A model generated the notes under the pieces. It did no database searches and was not told where the DNA came from. It saw nothing but the letters and a program-made list of their open reading frames with translations. From Nitrosopumilus sp. (GTDB lineage: Archaea; Thermoproteota; Nitrososphaeria; Nitrososphaerales; Nitrosopumilaceae): a stretch of DNA of 64,000 nt. The DNA lies in NCBI GenBank assembly GCA_965204345.1, contig OZ241981.1, positions 1,312,001 through 1,376,000 of the forward strand. Direction: 5' to 3'. Positions 9,940 through 20,584 of this stretch are shown here, in pieces. The first letter of the stretch is position 1, and the number at the start of each line of letters is the position of its first letter. The position numbers and the translations under genes were made by a program.

Positions 9940-11225
9940 GTTGAAAATTCAGATGCAATTCTACTGAGCATCAATTCCTTGATTTCATCATAGTTTTCAG
10001 TGTTTCCAGTGACCCACATTGCTTTAACTAGTGCAACTTCTGGAATCATATTTTCTAGAGGAACTATCCCTAAATCAAGTAAATCTCTGCCACTTTCATA
10101 AACCGTCATTCTTATTCTGCCATCTATACATTGAGAAGTCATTCCCATAAAGATGCCCTTATCACCTGCCGCTTTTACCATCGGATACATGTTTTCCCCA
10201 ATATGTCCCAGACCAGTACCTTCAAAAATTATTGTCTTGTAGTTAGAATCTATCATATCTTTTAACAAGGATGGATCATATCCAGGATAATATTTAACTA
10301 GTGCAACTTTTTCATTTATTTTTATTTTTGGTTCAAACTCTTTTGTTGTAAAGAAATCTGTTTTCATATTGCTGTGTATCTCATTATTCACAATTAAAAA
10401 CGCGGGATCATTTCCAACTGTTTGAAATGCCCCTCTTTTACTTGTATGATTTTTCCTTACTCTTGTACCTATGTGGCATGCAATCGTCTCATCACTTTCA
10501 TCTTGATGCATTGCTATGTAGATGCCATTTATTTTACATTCGGTGAGAAATTTTGTAGCTCCAATCAGATTTAATGCGGCATCTGATGATGCACGATCTG
10601 AGGATCTTTGCGAACCTACCAATACTATTGGCATTGGAAATCCTGCCAATGAAAATGAAAGATATGATGACGTGTAATGCATAGTATCTGTACCATGTGC
10701 AATTATGATCCCCGAATAGTCTGATTTAGAGTATTTTTTGACTTCTTCAGCAATTTTTAACCAGTGCTTAGGCATAATGTTTTCTGAATATTCAGAAAAC
10801 AATACTTTGGCATCTATATTTGCAATTTTAGCAAGCTCTGGCACTGACGAATTCAGTTCTTCTGCTGTTAGAACTGGTGTAACTGCACCTGTTCTATAAT
10901 CAATTTTACTTGCAATTGTGCCCCCTGTTGATAACAATAAAATATTTGGCAAACTTTCATTTTTTGCTATTTTTTCATCTTTCTCAATAATTTTTTCTAC
11001 AGTCAGGTTTTTCTCAATATTTTGTATCTTGCTAATTTCCAAACCAACATTATATCCGTTTTTTAACTTCAAAACAATATGTCTATCGTCACCGTATTCG
11101 TATCTTGGCATAACTATTCCCGAATATGTAATATCTGCCAAGATTTTAACAGAATTTCCAATAATGATATTGTTTGTTTTGAGAAATTCTAATGATTTTC
11201 CATCATACCCGGTATATTCAGACAT
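9936..11225 (-). CDS. gatD: Glu-tRNA(Gln) amidotransferase subunit D
   Basis: TGGTIASKIDYRTG, HGTDT, GSQRSSDR; coupled to gatE. Confidence 0.98.
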   Translation of the reverse strand: MSEYTGYDGKSLEFLKTNNIIIGNSVKILADITYSGIVMPRYEYGDDRHIVLKLKNGYNVGLEISKIQNIEKNLTVEKIIEKDEKIAKNESLPNILLLSTGGTIASKIDYRTGAVTPVLTAEELNSSVPELAKIANIDAKVLFSEYSENIMPKHWLKIAEEVKKYSKSDYSGIIIAHGTDTMHYTSSYLSFSLAGFPMPIVLVGSQRSSDRASSDAALNLIGATKFLTECKINGIYIAMHQDESDETIACHIGTRVRKNHTSKRGAFQTVGNDPAFLIVNNEIHSNMKTDFFTTKEFEPKIKINEKVALVKYYPGYDPSLLKDMIDSNYKTIIFEGTGLGHIGENMYPMVKAAGDKGIFMGMTSQCIDGRIRMTVYESGRDLLDLGIVPLENMIPEVALVKAMWVTGNTENYDEIKELMLSRIASEFST

Positions 11226-11257
11226 TTATGAAGATTAGATCTGTTATTTAATTAAAA

Positions 11258-13444
11258 CTACCTGTAATAGGAGGCCACTAATTTTTCACCCATCTTGAGG
11301 TCTTTTTGTTCTCTTACCTTCTTCACTGCTTCCTCAAAGTGTTTCATAGTCACTTTGGCATCTACATCCTTTTTCTCAATATCTTTTACATCCGGATGTG
11401 AATCTAAGAATTCATGAATTACTAGGGATACCGCAGTATTTGCAATAGACGCTGTATCTGCCCCGCTAAGTCCGTCAGCCAATTCTGCAAGCTTATCAAA
11501 GTCGACATGTTTTGGATCATTTTCATCACTAACAGTTGGAATTTTATCAGCATTAATTTTCAATATACTCTTTCTACTTTCTTTGTCTGGAAGTGGAATC
11601 TGGATAATTTTATCAAATCTGCCCGGTCTTAGTAACGCTGGATCAATCATGTCTGCTCTATTTGTAGCGGCCAGTACTATGACCCCATGCATATTTTCCA
11701 TACCGTCTAATTCTGTTAGTAATTGACTGACTACCCTTTCAGTAACTGCAGTTTCTCCTCCGGCTCCTCTAACTGGTGCAATGGAATCTATTTCATCAAA
11801 GAAAACAACACATGGCGATGATTGACGTGCACGTTTGAAAATTTCTCTAATGCCTCTCTCTGACTCTCCTATCCATTTTGATAAGAGCTCAGGACCCCTA
11901 ACTGAAACAAAGTTTGCTTCACTCTGAGTAGCCACTGCTTTGGCAAGTAGTGTTTTACCAGTACCGCTTGGACCGTGTAACAGTATGCCTCTTGGCATAT
12001 TATGTCCTAATTTATCATAAAGACCGGGATATTTCATTGGCCATTCAACGGCTTCCTGTAGTTCCCTCTTGACTTCTTCCAGACCTCCAACATCTTCCCA
12101 TTTTACATCAGGATTCTCAATGAAGACTTCTCTCATTCCAGACGGAGTAACTTCGATCAGTGCCTTTTGGAAATCTTCATGATTTACAATCAATTTATCC
12201 AAAGTTTCAGGCGGGAGTTTCTCTTCCTCCAAATTCAAAACCGGTAATAGTCTTCGTAAGCATTTCATTGCAGCCTCTTTACAAAGATATTCTAAATCCG
12301 CACCAACATATCCATGACTGACTGATGAGATCTTATCCAGGTTAACATCTTCGCCTAATGGCATGTTTCTACTATGAATTGCAAGAATGTCTTTTCGCCC
12401 CTTTTTATCTGGAACCTTAATCTCAATTTCTCTATCAAATCTACCCGGTCTTCTAAGTGCAGGGTCTATTGCATTTGGTCTGTTTGTTGCAGAAATAACG
12501 ATTACTTTGCCGCGTGCCTCCAACCCATCCATTAATGACAACATTTGAGAAACAACTCTTCTTTCGACTTCTCCAGTAACTTCCTCTCTTTTTGGTGCAA
12601 TAGAATCAATTTCATCAACAAAGATAATCGAAGGAGCCTTTTCTCTTGCTTCTTTGAAAATTTCTCTTAGTCTTGCTTCACTTTCACCATAAAACTTGCT
12701 CATTATTTCTGGGCCCGATATGCTGATAAAATGCGCATTACTTTCATTTGCTACTGCTTTGGCAAGTAATGTTTTACCGGTACCGGGAGGACCATACAAC
12801 AATACGCCTTTAGGTGCTTCAATACCTAGCTTTTCAAAAATTTCTGGATGTCTTAATGGAAGCTCAATCATCTCTCTAACTTTTTTAATTTCATTATGAA
12901 TTCCACCAATGTCTTCATAGGTAACTTGTGGAACACCACGTAATGTTTCCCCTTTTTCTGCAATGTGAAATACAGTTTTTTGAGTTACCAAAACAGCATC
13001 AGCTGCAGGTGTTACTTCAATTACTTGAAAAGTTAAGCGTCCACCAAAATATGGAACCATTACATTATCACCTTTGATCAAAGGAACACTTTCTAAAGCA
13101 TCTGCAAGATATCTTTCATCAATTGGAGGAATAGCTTCTAATGGTACAACTGTCACTTTTTCTGCTGCCACTGCCTTTATTTTTCTCACCGAAATTGTAT
13201 CTCCAATTGCAATTCCTGAATTATTTCTCCCCAATCCATCAATTCTAATAATTCCCTTTCCCTCATCTGACGGATACAGAGGAAGGCATTTTGCAACCGT
13301 TCTTCTTTTACCCTTTATTTCTATTACATCTCCGGTGGACGCACTTAGCGTATCCATAGAGTCATAATCGATTCTTGCCACTCCTCTTCCTACGTCTCGC
13401 GTATATGCCTCAAGAACTTTAAGAGAAAGAGCGTTTTGACTCAT
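11258..13444 (-). CDS. cdc48: CDC48/VCP family AAA ATPase
   Basis: Two AAA modules ([16 protein letters not shown]) and an N-terminal double-psi barrel; start taken at MSQNAL. Confidence 0.97.
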   Translation of the reverse strand: MSQNALSLKVLEAYTRDVGRGVARIDYDSMDTLSASTGDVIEIKGKRRTVAKCLPLYPSDEGKGIIRIDGLGRNNSGIAIGDTISVRKIKAVAAEKVTVVPLEAIPPIDERYLADALESVPLIKGDNVMVPYFGGRLTFQVIEVTPAADAVLVTQKTVFHIAEKGETLRGVPQVTYEDIGGIHNEIKKVREMIELPLRHPEIFEKLGIEAPKGVLLYGPPGTGKTLLAKAVANESNAHFISISGPEIMSKFYGESEARLREIFKEAREKAPSIIFVDEIDSIAPKREEVTGEVERRVVSQMLSLMDGLEARGKVIVISATNRPNAIDPALRRPGRFDREIEIKVPDKKGRKDILAIHSRNMPLGEDVNLDKISSVSHGYVGADLEYLCKEAAMKCLRRLLPVLNLEEEKLPPETLDKLIVNHEDFQKALIEVTPSGMREVFIENPDVKWEDVGGLEEVKRELQEAVEWPMKYPGLYDKLGHNMPRGILLHGPSGTGKTLLAKAVATQSEANFVSVRGPELLSKWIGESERGIREIFKRARQSSPCVVFFDEIDSIAPVRGAGGETAVTERVVSQLLTELDGMENMHGVIVLAATNRADMIDPALLRPGRFDKIIQIPLPDKESRKSILKINADKIPTVSDENDPKHVDFDKLAELADGLSGADTASIANTAVSLVIHEFLDSHPDVKDIEKKDVDAKVTMKHFEEAVKKVREQKDLKMGEKLVASYYR

Positions 13445-13547
13445 ACTCAATGGCCTCAATTCTAATTTTTATACCTTTGCGGCAATCTCCAAAGATAACA
13501 CACAATATCACAAGCTTAAAATTCTCTTTGGGTCAGAAACGATCAAC

Positions 13548-14282
13548 TTGGGTAAAAGACCGTTAGTTCGTAGACGTGGCCGTGGAGGCAATCAATTTAG
13601 ATCTACATCTACTGGCAAAGTAGGCACAAAAGCAAATTATCCCCGTTTTCCACTTTCAGAACAGCATGAGGGGGAGATCATTGATCTTGTTCATGAACGT
13701 GGTAGGGAAGCACCATTAGCTAAAGTTAGATTTGAAGATGGTTCTGTTTCATTCGTACCCGCTGTTCTTGGAACTACAGTAGGCACAACTTTACAATTTG
13801 GACTAAAATCAGAAATTGAGCAAGGAAATGTCATTAGTGTTCAAAACATTCCTGATGGTACAATTGTTTGTAATATTGAAAAACACTTTGGAGATGGCGG
13901 TGCTATTGTCAAGTCAGCTGGTACTAATGCAACTATCTTTTCTCATGGTGATGATGGCGTAACAATCAAACTACCTTCTGGAAAATTTGCCACTCTTAAT
14001 CCTAAAAACAGAGCTATGATTGGTACCCTTGCCGGGGGTGGTGCAACTGAACGTCACTTTATGAGTGCAGGTAACAAATGGCGCAGTTTTAAGGCTAAGG
14101 GAAAGAAATATCCAATTGTTAGGGGTGTTGCCCAAGCAGCTTACGTACATCCACACGGCGGTGGCCGTCATCAACACGTTGGACAAAGCTCAACTGTTTC
14201 AAGAGACGCTCCTCCCGGTGCAAAAGTGGGTAGTATTGCTGCAAGAAAGACTGGCAGAGCTAGAATTAAAGAAAGAAAGTAG
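13548..14282 (+). CDS. rpl2: 50S ribosomal protein L2 (uL2)
   Basis: MGKRPLVRRRGRG, HERGREAPLA, HPHGGG. Confidence 0.98.
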   Translation: MGKRPLVRRRGRGGNQFRSTSTGKVGTKANYPRFPLSEQHEGEIIDLVHERGREAPLAKVRFEDGSVSFVPAVLGTTVGTTLQFGLKSEIEQGNVISVQNIPDGTIVCNIEKHFGDGGAIVKSAGTNATIFSHGDDGVTIKLPSGKFATLNPKNRAMIGTLAGGGATERHFMSAGNKWRSFKAKGKKYPIVRGVAQAAYVHPHGGGRHQHVGQSSTVSRDAPPGAKVGSIAARKTGRARIKERK

Positions 14283-14328
14283 CTTTCTTTTGGCCTAAAA
14301 TTGATTAATACCTCAATAGAATATTCTT

Positions 14329-14610
14329 TTGATGTCCAATCAACGCGTTAGACTGTTTGTAACCGGAAAAGTACAGGGTGTTTTTTTCCGCCAAACACTA
14401 AAAGTTATGGCCAAAAAAAATAATATTTTTGGTTGGGTAAAAAATCTCAAAGATGGCAGGGTAGAAGCTGTTTTAGAAGGCGATGGAGAAAGAGTTAGCA
14501 GATTAATTCAATGGGCTCATGGCGGGCCTGCAAATGCTAGAGTTGAAGATGTGCAAATCCGTAATGAAAAATTCATTTCAGAATTTACAAAATTTGATGT
14601 TTTATACTAG
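14329..14610 (+). CDS. acyP: Acylphosphatase
   Basis: GKVQGVFFR, GWVKNLKDGRVE, GPANARV. Confidence 0.95.
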   Translation: MMSNQRVRLFVTGKVQGVFFRQTLKVMAKKNNIFGWVKNLKDGRVEAVLEGDGERVSRLIQWAHGGPANARVEDVQIRNEKFISEFTKFDVLY

Positions 14611-14939
14611 TGAATTTCTTCAAACGCCTCTCTGATAGTCTGGCTTATTGTTGAAATATCTTGCCCATTTTTTACCTGAACAATTCTAATTGGATCTTTT
14701 CTATTCTTTTGAATCTTGATGATTACTCCGTCTTTATCTGGTTCTACGTCTGCAAACCACCTAAATGTCATTGATTTGCAAAAAACTACTCTGTGCATTC
14801 TAACATCTTCTATCACTTTGTCACATAATGAGAAACAAAATTCTCTGATTGACTCAAATAATGGCAATACTGTAGATGGAATCTGTTTTTTAAAATCGTT
14901 ATAGTCCCTTTTATTTCCAAATGAGACTAGTCCGTTCAT
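14607..14939 (-). CDS. Hypothetical protein (DUF5655-like)
   Basis: Clean 110-aa ORF ending in IREAFE, a pattern seen in DUF5655/YdhG-like proteins; overlaps the acyP stop. Confidence 0.55.
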   Translation of the reverse strand: MNGLVSFGNKRDYNDFKKQIPSTVLPLFESIREFCFSLCDKVIEDVRMHRVVFCKSMTFRWFADVEPDKDGVIIKIQKNRKDPIRIVQVKNGQDISTISQTIREAFEEIH

Positions 14940-14968
14940 GAATTTGTAGATTAAAGTTTAATTATAAA

Positions 14969-15284
14969 GGTAGTAGATCTGCTGGCTCCAGTCTAGACGA
15001 ATAGCCCCATTTCAAGGCATACAAGATCCGCCACGTTGACGAGGAAGCGTGGATGCTCCACCTTAAGACTGCTCCCTCCCGGACCTCGTCTCTTTCGATG
15101 GTTCGGTCTTAGAAGTTATCCCTTCGGATATTTCTAGTCCTGCAACCACCCGCCTCGGCGTGATTTCATTTCCGCACACCAAGCGGGAATCACCCTTCTA
15201 GAGATTTACCCAACAGTTGCTGATCTCTGCATATAGCCGGTTTCAGAATAGGGCACGGCTGGCACCCTGATCCTACCTACTACC
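14969..15284 (-). ncRNA. ffs: Signal recognition particle (7S) RNA
   Basis: GC-rich ~315-nt intergenic block with complementary ends (GTAGTAG...CTACTAC); minus strand carries the helix-8 motif GACGAGGTCCGGGAGGGAGCAGTC. Ends approximate. Confidence 0.9.
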
Positions 15285-15315
15285 GTTTTTCCTAGGAAGG
15301 TATGTTATATTTGCA

Positions 15316-16230
15316 TTAGGTTTGATTTTCTTTTAGTCTTAGAACCGTGTTACAGACTGAGCATACACTACCTGTGCAATCACTACCACATTTTTCACAT
15401 TTTGTTTTTTCTTTGGTATTTGAATTCCTTACCACCTGTGAAACTCTGAGAATTGACTGATACAAATTATTCTTAATTCCACTATGCTGATTTTCTAATG
15501 AATTTAAAAATTCACGAATCTCCGTCCTTATTCCCTCATTCATGTGCGGGCACGGTTCTGATTGGAATGGCATGTCATTTGTAAATGCATAAAAGACTAT
15601 TTCAGATTCATAAATCTCACAAAACGGTTTTATTTTTCTTAAATCATTGGCAGAGGTATCCGGATCCATCCATCCAATCTTGGTAGTATCCCCTGAAAGC
15701 ATGTTGATCACAAATGTCTGTAGGGTATCATCTAAGTTATGGCCTGTTGCAATTACATTTGCACCGACATCTTTGGCTGCATAATCAATAGCTCTTCTTC
15801 TCAGTGTCCCACATATAGAACATGACGAGGTTTTTTCATTATCACGCAAATCCAAAGCTTCATCCAATGTTAATTCAAAAAGATCCTTGTAAGAGTAAAC
15901 TTTGTGTTTTACATCTAGTTCTCCACAAAATTTCTCAACAATTTCCAAAGCTTCATTTCTATACCCTGGTATGCCTTCATCTATGGTAACTGCTATAATT
16001 TGGAAACTATGAGTCAATGCCATTTCATTGATAATTTTTAATAATGCTAGAGAGTCCTTACCTCCTGATACTGCAACAGCTACTAATTCGTTATGCTTGA
16101 TCATATTGTATTTTGAGATGGTTTTAGCTGTTTTTCTTATGATGGATTTTGAAAAACATTGCGAACAAAGACTTTCTCCCGAATATTTCCTAGTATATGC
16201 AGCAAGATTATCACATCTATCACATTTCAT
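15316..16230 (-). CDS. tRNA 2-thiolation protein (TIGR00269, NcsA/TtuA/Ncs6 family)
   Basis: PP-loop SGGKDS, CSICGTLRR, TGHNLDD, N- and C-terminal CxxC fingers. Confidence 0.9.
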   Translation of the reverse strand: MKCDRCDNLAAYTRKYSGESLCSQCFSKSIIRKTAKTISKYNMIKHNELVAVAVSGGKDSLALLKIINEMALTHSFQIIAVTIDEGIPGYRNEALEIVEKFCGELDVKHKVYSYKDLFELTLDEALDLRDNEKTSSCSICGTLRRRAIDYAAKDVGANVIATGHNLDDTLQTFVINMLSGDTTKIGWMDPDTSANDLRKIKPFCEIYESEIVFYAFTNDMPFQSEPCPHMNEGIRTEIREFLNSLENQHSGIKNNLYQSILRVSQVVRNSNTKEKTKCEKCGSDCTGSVCSVCNTVLRLKENQT

Positions 16231-16275
16231 AAAATTAGATAGTTTTTTTTCATTAATTATTCTTTAGATGCTTTT

Positions 16276-17472
16276 TTAGATTGTAAACCATCCGGATTTC
16301 CAATACGACAGCCCAATGTTGAGGCCAAATAGCACAAATGTAAATGCATAGATTCCCCACATTACAATATTTACTGACTTGTCTGAGGCTCTTTTATCAA
16401 TAATTGTATGAATGAATTTCCCTCCATCCAAGATTGGTAAAGGAAGCATGTTGATAATGCCAATAAAAAATGAAATCATCCAAAGCCACAACAAAAATAT
16501 TGATAGGTTTGGATCGTTCCATTCTATGAAATTCATTACAGGCTTGTATGCAAATGAGTTATCTCTCATAATTCCAATTAATCCTCTTTCAGGATCTTCT
16601 GGCGAAGGCGTTATTTCTACACCAAAGTTTAATGGCTGGCCATCTCTAATCACAGAGACACTTGCAGCATCTCCTGGATTTAGAGCAGGAAAATCAGCGG
16701 GACTGAATATCGGTTTGTCATTAATTGAAGTAATGATGTCATTTGCAAGTAATCCTGCTTGTTCAGCTCCGGAGTTTTCAATTATTGAAAGTATCAAGAC
16801 TCCTTCGGGAGATTCATAAAATATGCCAAGTAATGGCTCAGGCAGAATCATTGCAAAAAACGGATTTGTCAATAAAACAGCACCTAGCACAAATGCAAAT
16901 AACACGTTTGATGTGGCACCCGCGCCAATTACCCTTAGCTTTGAAATCTTTTTGGCCTTGTCAAATTCTTCCTCATCTGGTTCAACAAATCCTGCAAACA
17001 TTGCAATGAAAATTGCAAATCCGCCTGTTTTGATCTTTATTTTTTCAAGTGCAGCTACAATGCCATGTGCACCCTCATGAATAACCAAAACAATTGGTAT
17101 TGAAAGTAAAAAGTATGAAATTGACGATGCTGATGTTAATGTAACGCCTGGAATAAGTACAGTCAATGCTGCGAAATCGTCTTCTGCTACAAAAAAGTTT
17201 GAAATATTATTCAACAAAAACCAAAATGCAAACGCCATCATAATAAAGCCTGCAATTACGCTTGTATCTGCAAAAACCCTGATGCCTCTTTTGGTTCTAT
17301 TTAGAACTTTTATGAGAACTGAATTTACCCCCTTATTTTTATAAACAAGACTGTATGCTTTAATCTCAAAACCGTATCTTTCAAATTTAAGAGCTTTTGC
17401 AACTACAACAATGACTACCCAAGCCATTAGGACATAGATGATCGAATTTTGAGTAATAAAATCAAGTTCCAA
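16276..17472 (-). CDS. Site-2 protease (M50) with PDZ domain
   Basis: HEGAH zinc motif, NMLPLPILDGG, central PDZ (SGAEQAGLLANDII). Confidence 0.93.
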   Translation of the reverse strand: MELDFITQNSIIYVLMAWVVIVVVAKALKFERYGFEIKAYSLVYKNKGVNSVLIKVLNRTKRGIRVFADTSVIAGFIMMAFAFWFLLNNISNFFVAEDDFAALTVLIPGVTLTSASSISYFLLSIPIVLVIHEGAHGIVAALEKIKIKTGGFAIFIAMFAGFVEPDEEEFDKAKKISKLRVIGAGATSNVLFAFVLGAVLLTNPFFAMILPEPLLGIFYESPEGVLILSIIENSGAEQAGLLANDIITSINDKPIFSPADFPALNPGDAASVSVIRDGQPLNFGVEITPSPEDPERGLIGIMRDNSFAYKPVMNFIEWNDPNLSIFLLWLWMISFFIGIINMLPLPILDGGKFIHTIIDKRASDKSVNIVMWGIYAFTFVLFGLNIGLSYWKSGWFTI

Positions 17473-17516
17473 ACTAACTGTTAATTTTTTTAAAGTACGG
17501 ACATTTATCGTTTACT

Positions 17517-17828
17517 ATGAAACCTGTAATAATTATTTCAACATATCCTAATAAAAAATCAATTTCCAAAATTGCAAATGAATTAGTACAACATAAAATC
17601 GTCGCATGTGTCAATATTTCTAAGATCTCATCAATTTACTCCTGGAAAGGAAAATTGGAAAATTCATCAGAATATATTGCCATTTTTAAGACGACAGCAA
17701 AAAACAAGCTTTTGTTAAAAAAAGAAATTAAAAAAACTCATCCATATGATGTTCCTGAAATTGCAGAAATAGACGTCGTTTCAATTGACAAATCTTATCT
17801 AAAATGGCTAATTGATTCTACCAACTAA
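17517..17828 (+). CDS. cutA: Divalent-cation tolerance protein CutA
   Basis: ACVN, SIYSWKG, HPYDVPEI. Confidence 0.95.
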   Translation: MKPVIIISTYPNKKSISKIANELVQHKIVACVNISKISSIYSWKGKLENSSEYIAIFKTTAKNKLLLKKEIKKTHPYDVPEIAEIDVVSIDKSYLKWLIDSTN

Positions 17829-18877
17829 GGTTCTATTGCATACCTTAACAAAGAAACAATCCCCCCCAAACCTGTAACTCTAAGACCTGTGTCTGTAGAT
17901 GAATCAACACTGTAAATTTTCACTCCCTTACTTTCTGCATCATTTAGAAAATCCATCACATCCTGTTCATCGTTTTCTTGTATTGCTTTGTCTGAAAATA
18001 CAAGTGATTCAACTGCCCCAATTTGATTGGCATTAAAAGTTTCTGTATATCCCATTGTGAATTTTCTACTTTTTTTGTTTGCCAGAACCATCACTTGATC
18101 TATAATAGACGATGCTTTAGCCAGCTTACTTTCTGACATTATTTCCTGCATTGCCTGAGATTTTGTAAATGTGTATATTCCGTCTTCACCCCCAGAATCA
18201 ATTCCTTCGACTAGTTTGATTTTGAATTTTTGTAGTTTTTGTGACTTTTCAACAAAGTTTGCAAATCTCTTTTTTGTTTGACCGGGCCCAAAAATCACTA
18301 TCATGTCGCCTTCCTTGAAAATAGTTGACACTGCTTGCTGTACCTGTTCAAAAAATTTATCAATATTGAAATTTGTTTTGTATCTTTTTCCACCGGATCC
18401 TGAATATATGTTTGGCATAAATTCTAAATGCGTACCCCGCAATCTTGCAATTCCACTGTCACTTGTATCAATTGCAATTAAGACAAAACCAATTTGACTA
18501 TTGCTTGATTCTAAAAGATTTTTTTCTACTGACAACCATCTCTTTTTTGTAATTGTAATTCCGTCATTAAGTTTTAAAATAAACGAATGGTGTGATCCAT
18601 GCGGTACTGATTCATTACTTGATTCAACAATTGTACCGCTAACTCGTAATCGATCCAAACCATCATCTAGTGAAATTTTTTCAACTGTTAATGCAATTCT
18701 AATCTTTATTCTCTCTCCTTTATCCGGCCTTGAATAATCTTTATCCTGTTTTAGAACTCTTGTTGTATCCCCAACCACCCTATCATTTTCCTTAATTATG
18801 CGACGTAAATTTAACAGGTCTTCAGAATCTTCTGATATGACAGATATTGAATTTTCATCTATCGTTTTTGTAATCAT
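17825..18877 (-). CDS. pelA: mRNA surveillance protein Pelota
   Basis: EDLLNL..II..ND.V...TTR, RLRVSG, GPGQTK, LGGIVSLLRY. Confidence 0.95.
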   Translation of the reverse strand: MITKTIDENSISVISEDSEDLLNLRRIIKENDRVVGDTTRVLKQDKDYSRPDKGERIKIRIALTVEKISLDDGLDRLRVSGTIVESSNESVPHGSHHSFILKLNDGITITKKRWLSVEKNLLESSNSQIGFVLIAIDTSDSGIARLRGTHLEFMPNIYSGSGGKRYKTNFNIDKFFEQVQQAVSTIFKEGDMIVIFGPGQTKKRFANFVEKSQKLQKFKIKLVEGIDSGGEDGIYTFTKSQAMQEIMSESKLAKASSIIDQVMVLANKKSRKFTMGYTETFNANQIGAVESLVFSDKAIQENDEQDVMDFLNDAESKGVKIYSVDSSTDTGLRVTGLGGIVSLLRYAIEP

Positions 18878-18909
18878 GATTCTATTCTAGTCTATAAAAA
18901 GAAGAGAGT

Positions 18910-19326
18910 TTAACTTGTACTTTCTTCGGCTTTTGTCTCTTCTGATTTCTTTTTTAGATAATTTTCGACCCATTCTAAAGTAAGAACACCTGATTCAGAC
19001 AGATTTGTAAGAGAATTTGCAGAAGCTTCTCCTGTAACCTTGCCGTTGTTTCTTCTTAACTGTCTCCATTTTAGGGACGTGTTCCCACTTTTTGAATTGT
19101 AAATAATTCCTAACACATCCTTTCCATTCACAAATGTAATGTCTCTAATTTTTTTCAAGGTAACTTTGTCAGCTGCCTCTACATATATTGCTCCAAGGCT
19201 ATCCTCCCTTTCTGCAAAAACTTCAAAATCTTCCAAATAGGCTCTTGGCGCATATGATTTGCATGTACTTGAAATGACGAATCTTCTAAAACTTTCCAAT
19301 GAAGCAGGAGTCTCTATTGTTACCAT
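18910..19326 (-). CDS. Hypothetical protein (138 aa)
   Basis: Start placed at MVTIETPASL; the listed longer ORF runs through the sRNA and yjbQ. Confidence 0.7.
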   Translation of the reverse strand: MVTIETPASLESFRRFVISSTCKSYAPRAYLEDFEVFAEREDSLGAIYVEAADKVTLKKIRDITFVNGKDVLGIIYNSKSGNTSLKWRQLRRNNGKVTGEASANSLTNLSESGVLTLEWVENYLKKKSEETKAEESTS

Positions 19327-19401
19327 TTTGAATGATCCAATTATTAGCCATTTATCAAGCTTCTTGAAAGACTCAATAGGAATCCACCTCAAATATCGCA
19401 T

Positions 19402-19461
19402 ACGGGCCATGATGTACCTATCCCTTTGATTGATGATGAGGATCTTGAGTTCTGAGCCTGT
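19402..19461 (+). ncRNA. C/D-box methylation guide sRNA
   Basis: Terminal stem ACGGGC/GCCTGT; box C ATGATGT 19409-15; D' TTGA 19426-29; C' ATGATGA 19433-39; 12-nt guide GGATCTTGAGTT; box D CTGA 19452-55. Confidence 0.8.
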
Positions 19462-19498
19462 TCCTAGGATTTTAATAAATGATTTTAAATAAAAAATC

Positions 19499-19918
19499 AT
19501 GAGGTCTCTTACCGAATATCTGACGTTTAAGGTAAAAACCAGAAGGGCATTTGTCAATATTACTTCTGATGTAGAAAAACTGGTATCAAAAAGCAAAATT
19601 CAAGAGGGATTATGTCTTGTCAATGCAATGCACATTACTGCTAGTGTGTTCATCAATGATAATGAAAGCGGATTATTACATGATTATGAAAAATGGTTAG
19701 AAGAATTGGCCCCGCACAAACCAACTATGCAATATGATCATAATAATACCGGAGAAGATAATGCAGATGCTCATTTAAAACGACAAGTAATGGGAAGAGA
19801 AGTTGTAATTGCTATCACTAAAGGCAAATTAGATTTTGGACCATGGGAAGAAATTTTCTATGGAGAATTTGATGGTAAGAGATCAAAAAGAGTCTTAGTT
19901 AAAATTATTGGTGAGTAA
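19499..19918 (+). CDS. yjbQ: YjbQ/UPF0047 family protein
   Basis: [31 protein letters not shown]. Confidence 0.92.
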   Translation: MRSLTEYLTFKVKTRRAFVNITSDVEKLVSKSKIQEGLCLVNAMHITASVFINDNESGLLHDYEKWLEELAPHKPTMQYDHNNTGEDNADAHLKRQVMGREVVIAITKGKLDFGPWEEIFYGEFDGKRSKRVLVKIIGE

Positions 19919-20083
19919 TCATCCAAAGTCTGCATCACGTTTCTGACTTTGTGATTCATTTTTCCTTGCGGCATCTCTGAATTCATCACTATGATTTTGT
20001 GGTCCGTGTCCGCATTTTACACATGCAATTTTGAATCCATCGTCATTTTTTTCATACGTTTCACATCCGCAGAAACATGCCAT
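19919..20083 (-). CDS. Small Cys/His-rich putative metal-binding protein
   Basis: MACFCGC...CVKCGHGPQNH; start taken at the internal ATG. Confidence 0.6.
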   Translation of the reverse strand: MACFCGCETYEKNDDGFKIACVKCGHGPQNHSDEFRDAARKNESQSQKRDADFG

Positions 20084-20130
20084 ATTTGAACATGTTTTAT
20101 GATACGATATATCTTTTGGGATAAGTTTCA

Positions 20131-20583
20131 CTATGTTGATCTACAACATTCGCCCATTGGAATTTCATGGCCATGTGGACATTTTCTTGGATGTTTTAGC
20201 ATGACACAAAGGGCATCCGTAAATTGTTTATTCATGTGATGTTCAATTCCACATACCATCTCTTCATCAATTTCCACTTTGAGTGCACTATCCATAAGAA
20301 CTTCTAATAGCCTGCTATTTCTCATCATACTTGAACCTATTTTCTCACCCTCTTCTGTAAGTTTGACTCCTGCCTTGTTGTAATTTACAAGATTTTTACC
20401 GTTTAATTTTTTTAGCATTTGAACAACACTTGGCTGTCTAACGTTGAGCATTTTAGCAATAGTGCTGATTTTGACATCCTCTCCTCTTTCTTTAATATGC
20501 CAAATTGCTTTTAGATACATTTCCACATGCTCTGCTTCTGCAGTTCCTACAAATAGAATTTCATCATCATTTGTCATATCCAT
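20131..20583 (-). CDS. DtxR/MntR family metal-dependent repressor
   Basis: EMYLKAI, HTH QPSVVQMLKKL, RLLE, CGIEHH, CPHGHEIP. Confidence 0.93.
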   Translation of the reverse strand: MDMTNDDEILFVGTAEAEHVEMYLKAIWHIKERGEDVKISTIAKMLNVRQPSVVQMLKKLNGKNLVNYNKAGVKLTEEGEKIGSSMMRNSRLLEVLMDSALKVEIDEEMVCGIEHHMNKQFTDALCVMLKHPRKCPHGHEIPMGECCRST

Positions 20584-20584
20584 A

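Noticed and set aside
19327-19596. N-terminal extension of ORF 18910..19596
   Set aside because: Runs antisense through the C/D sRNA and yjbQ; a better start exists at 19326
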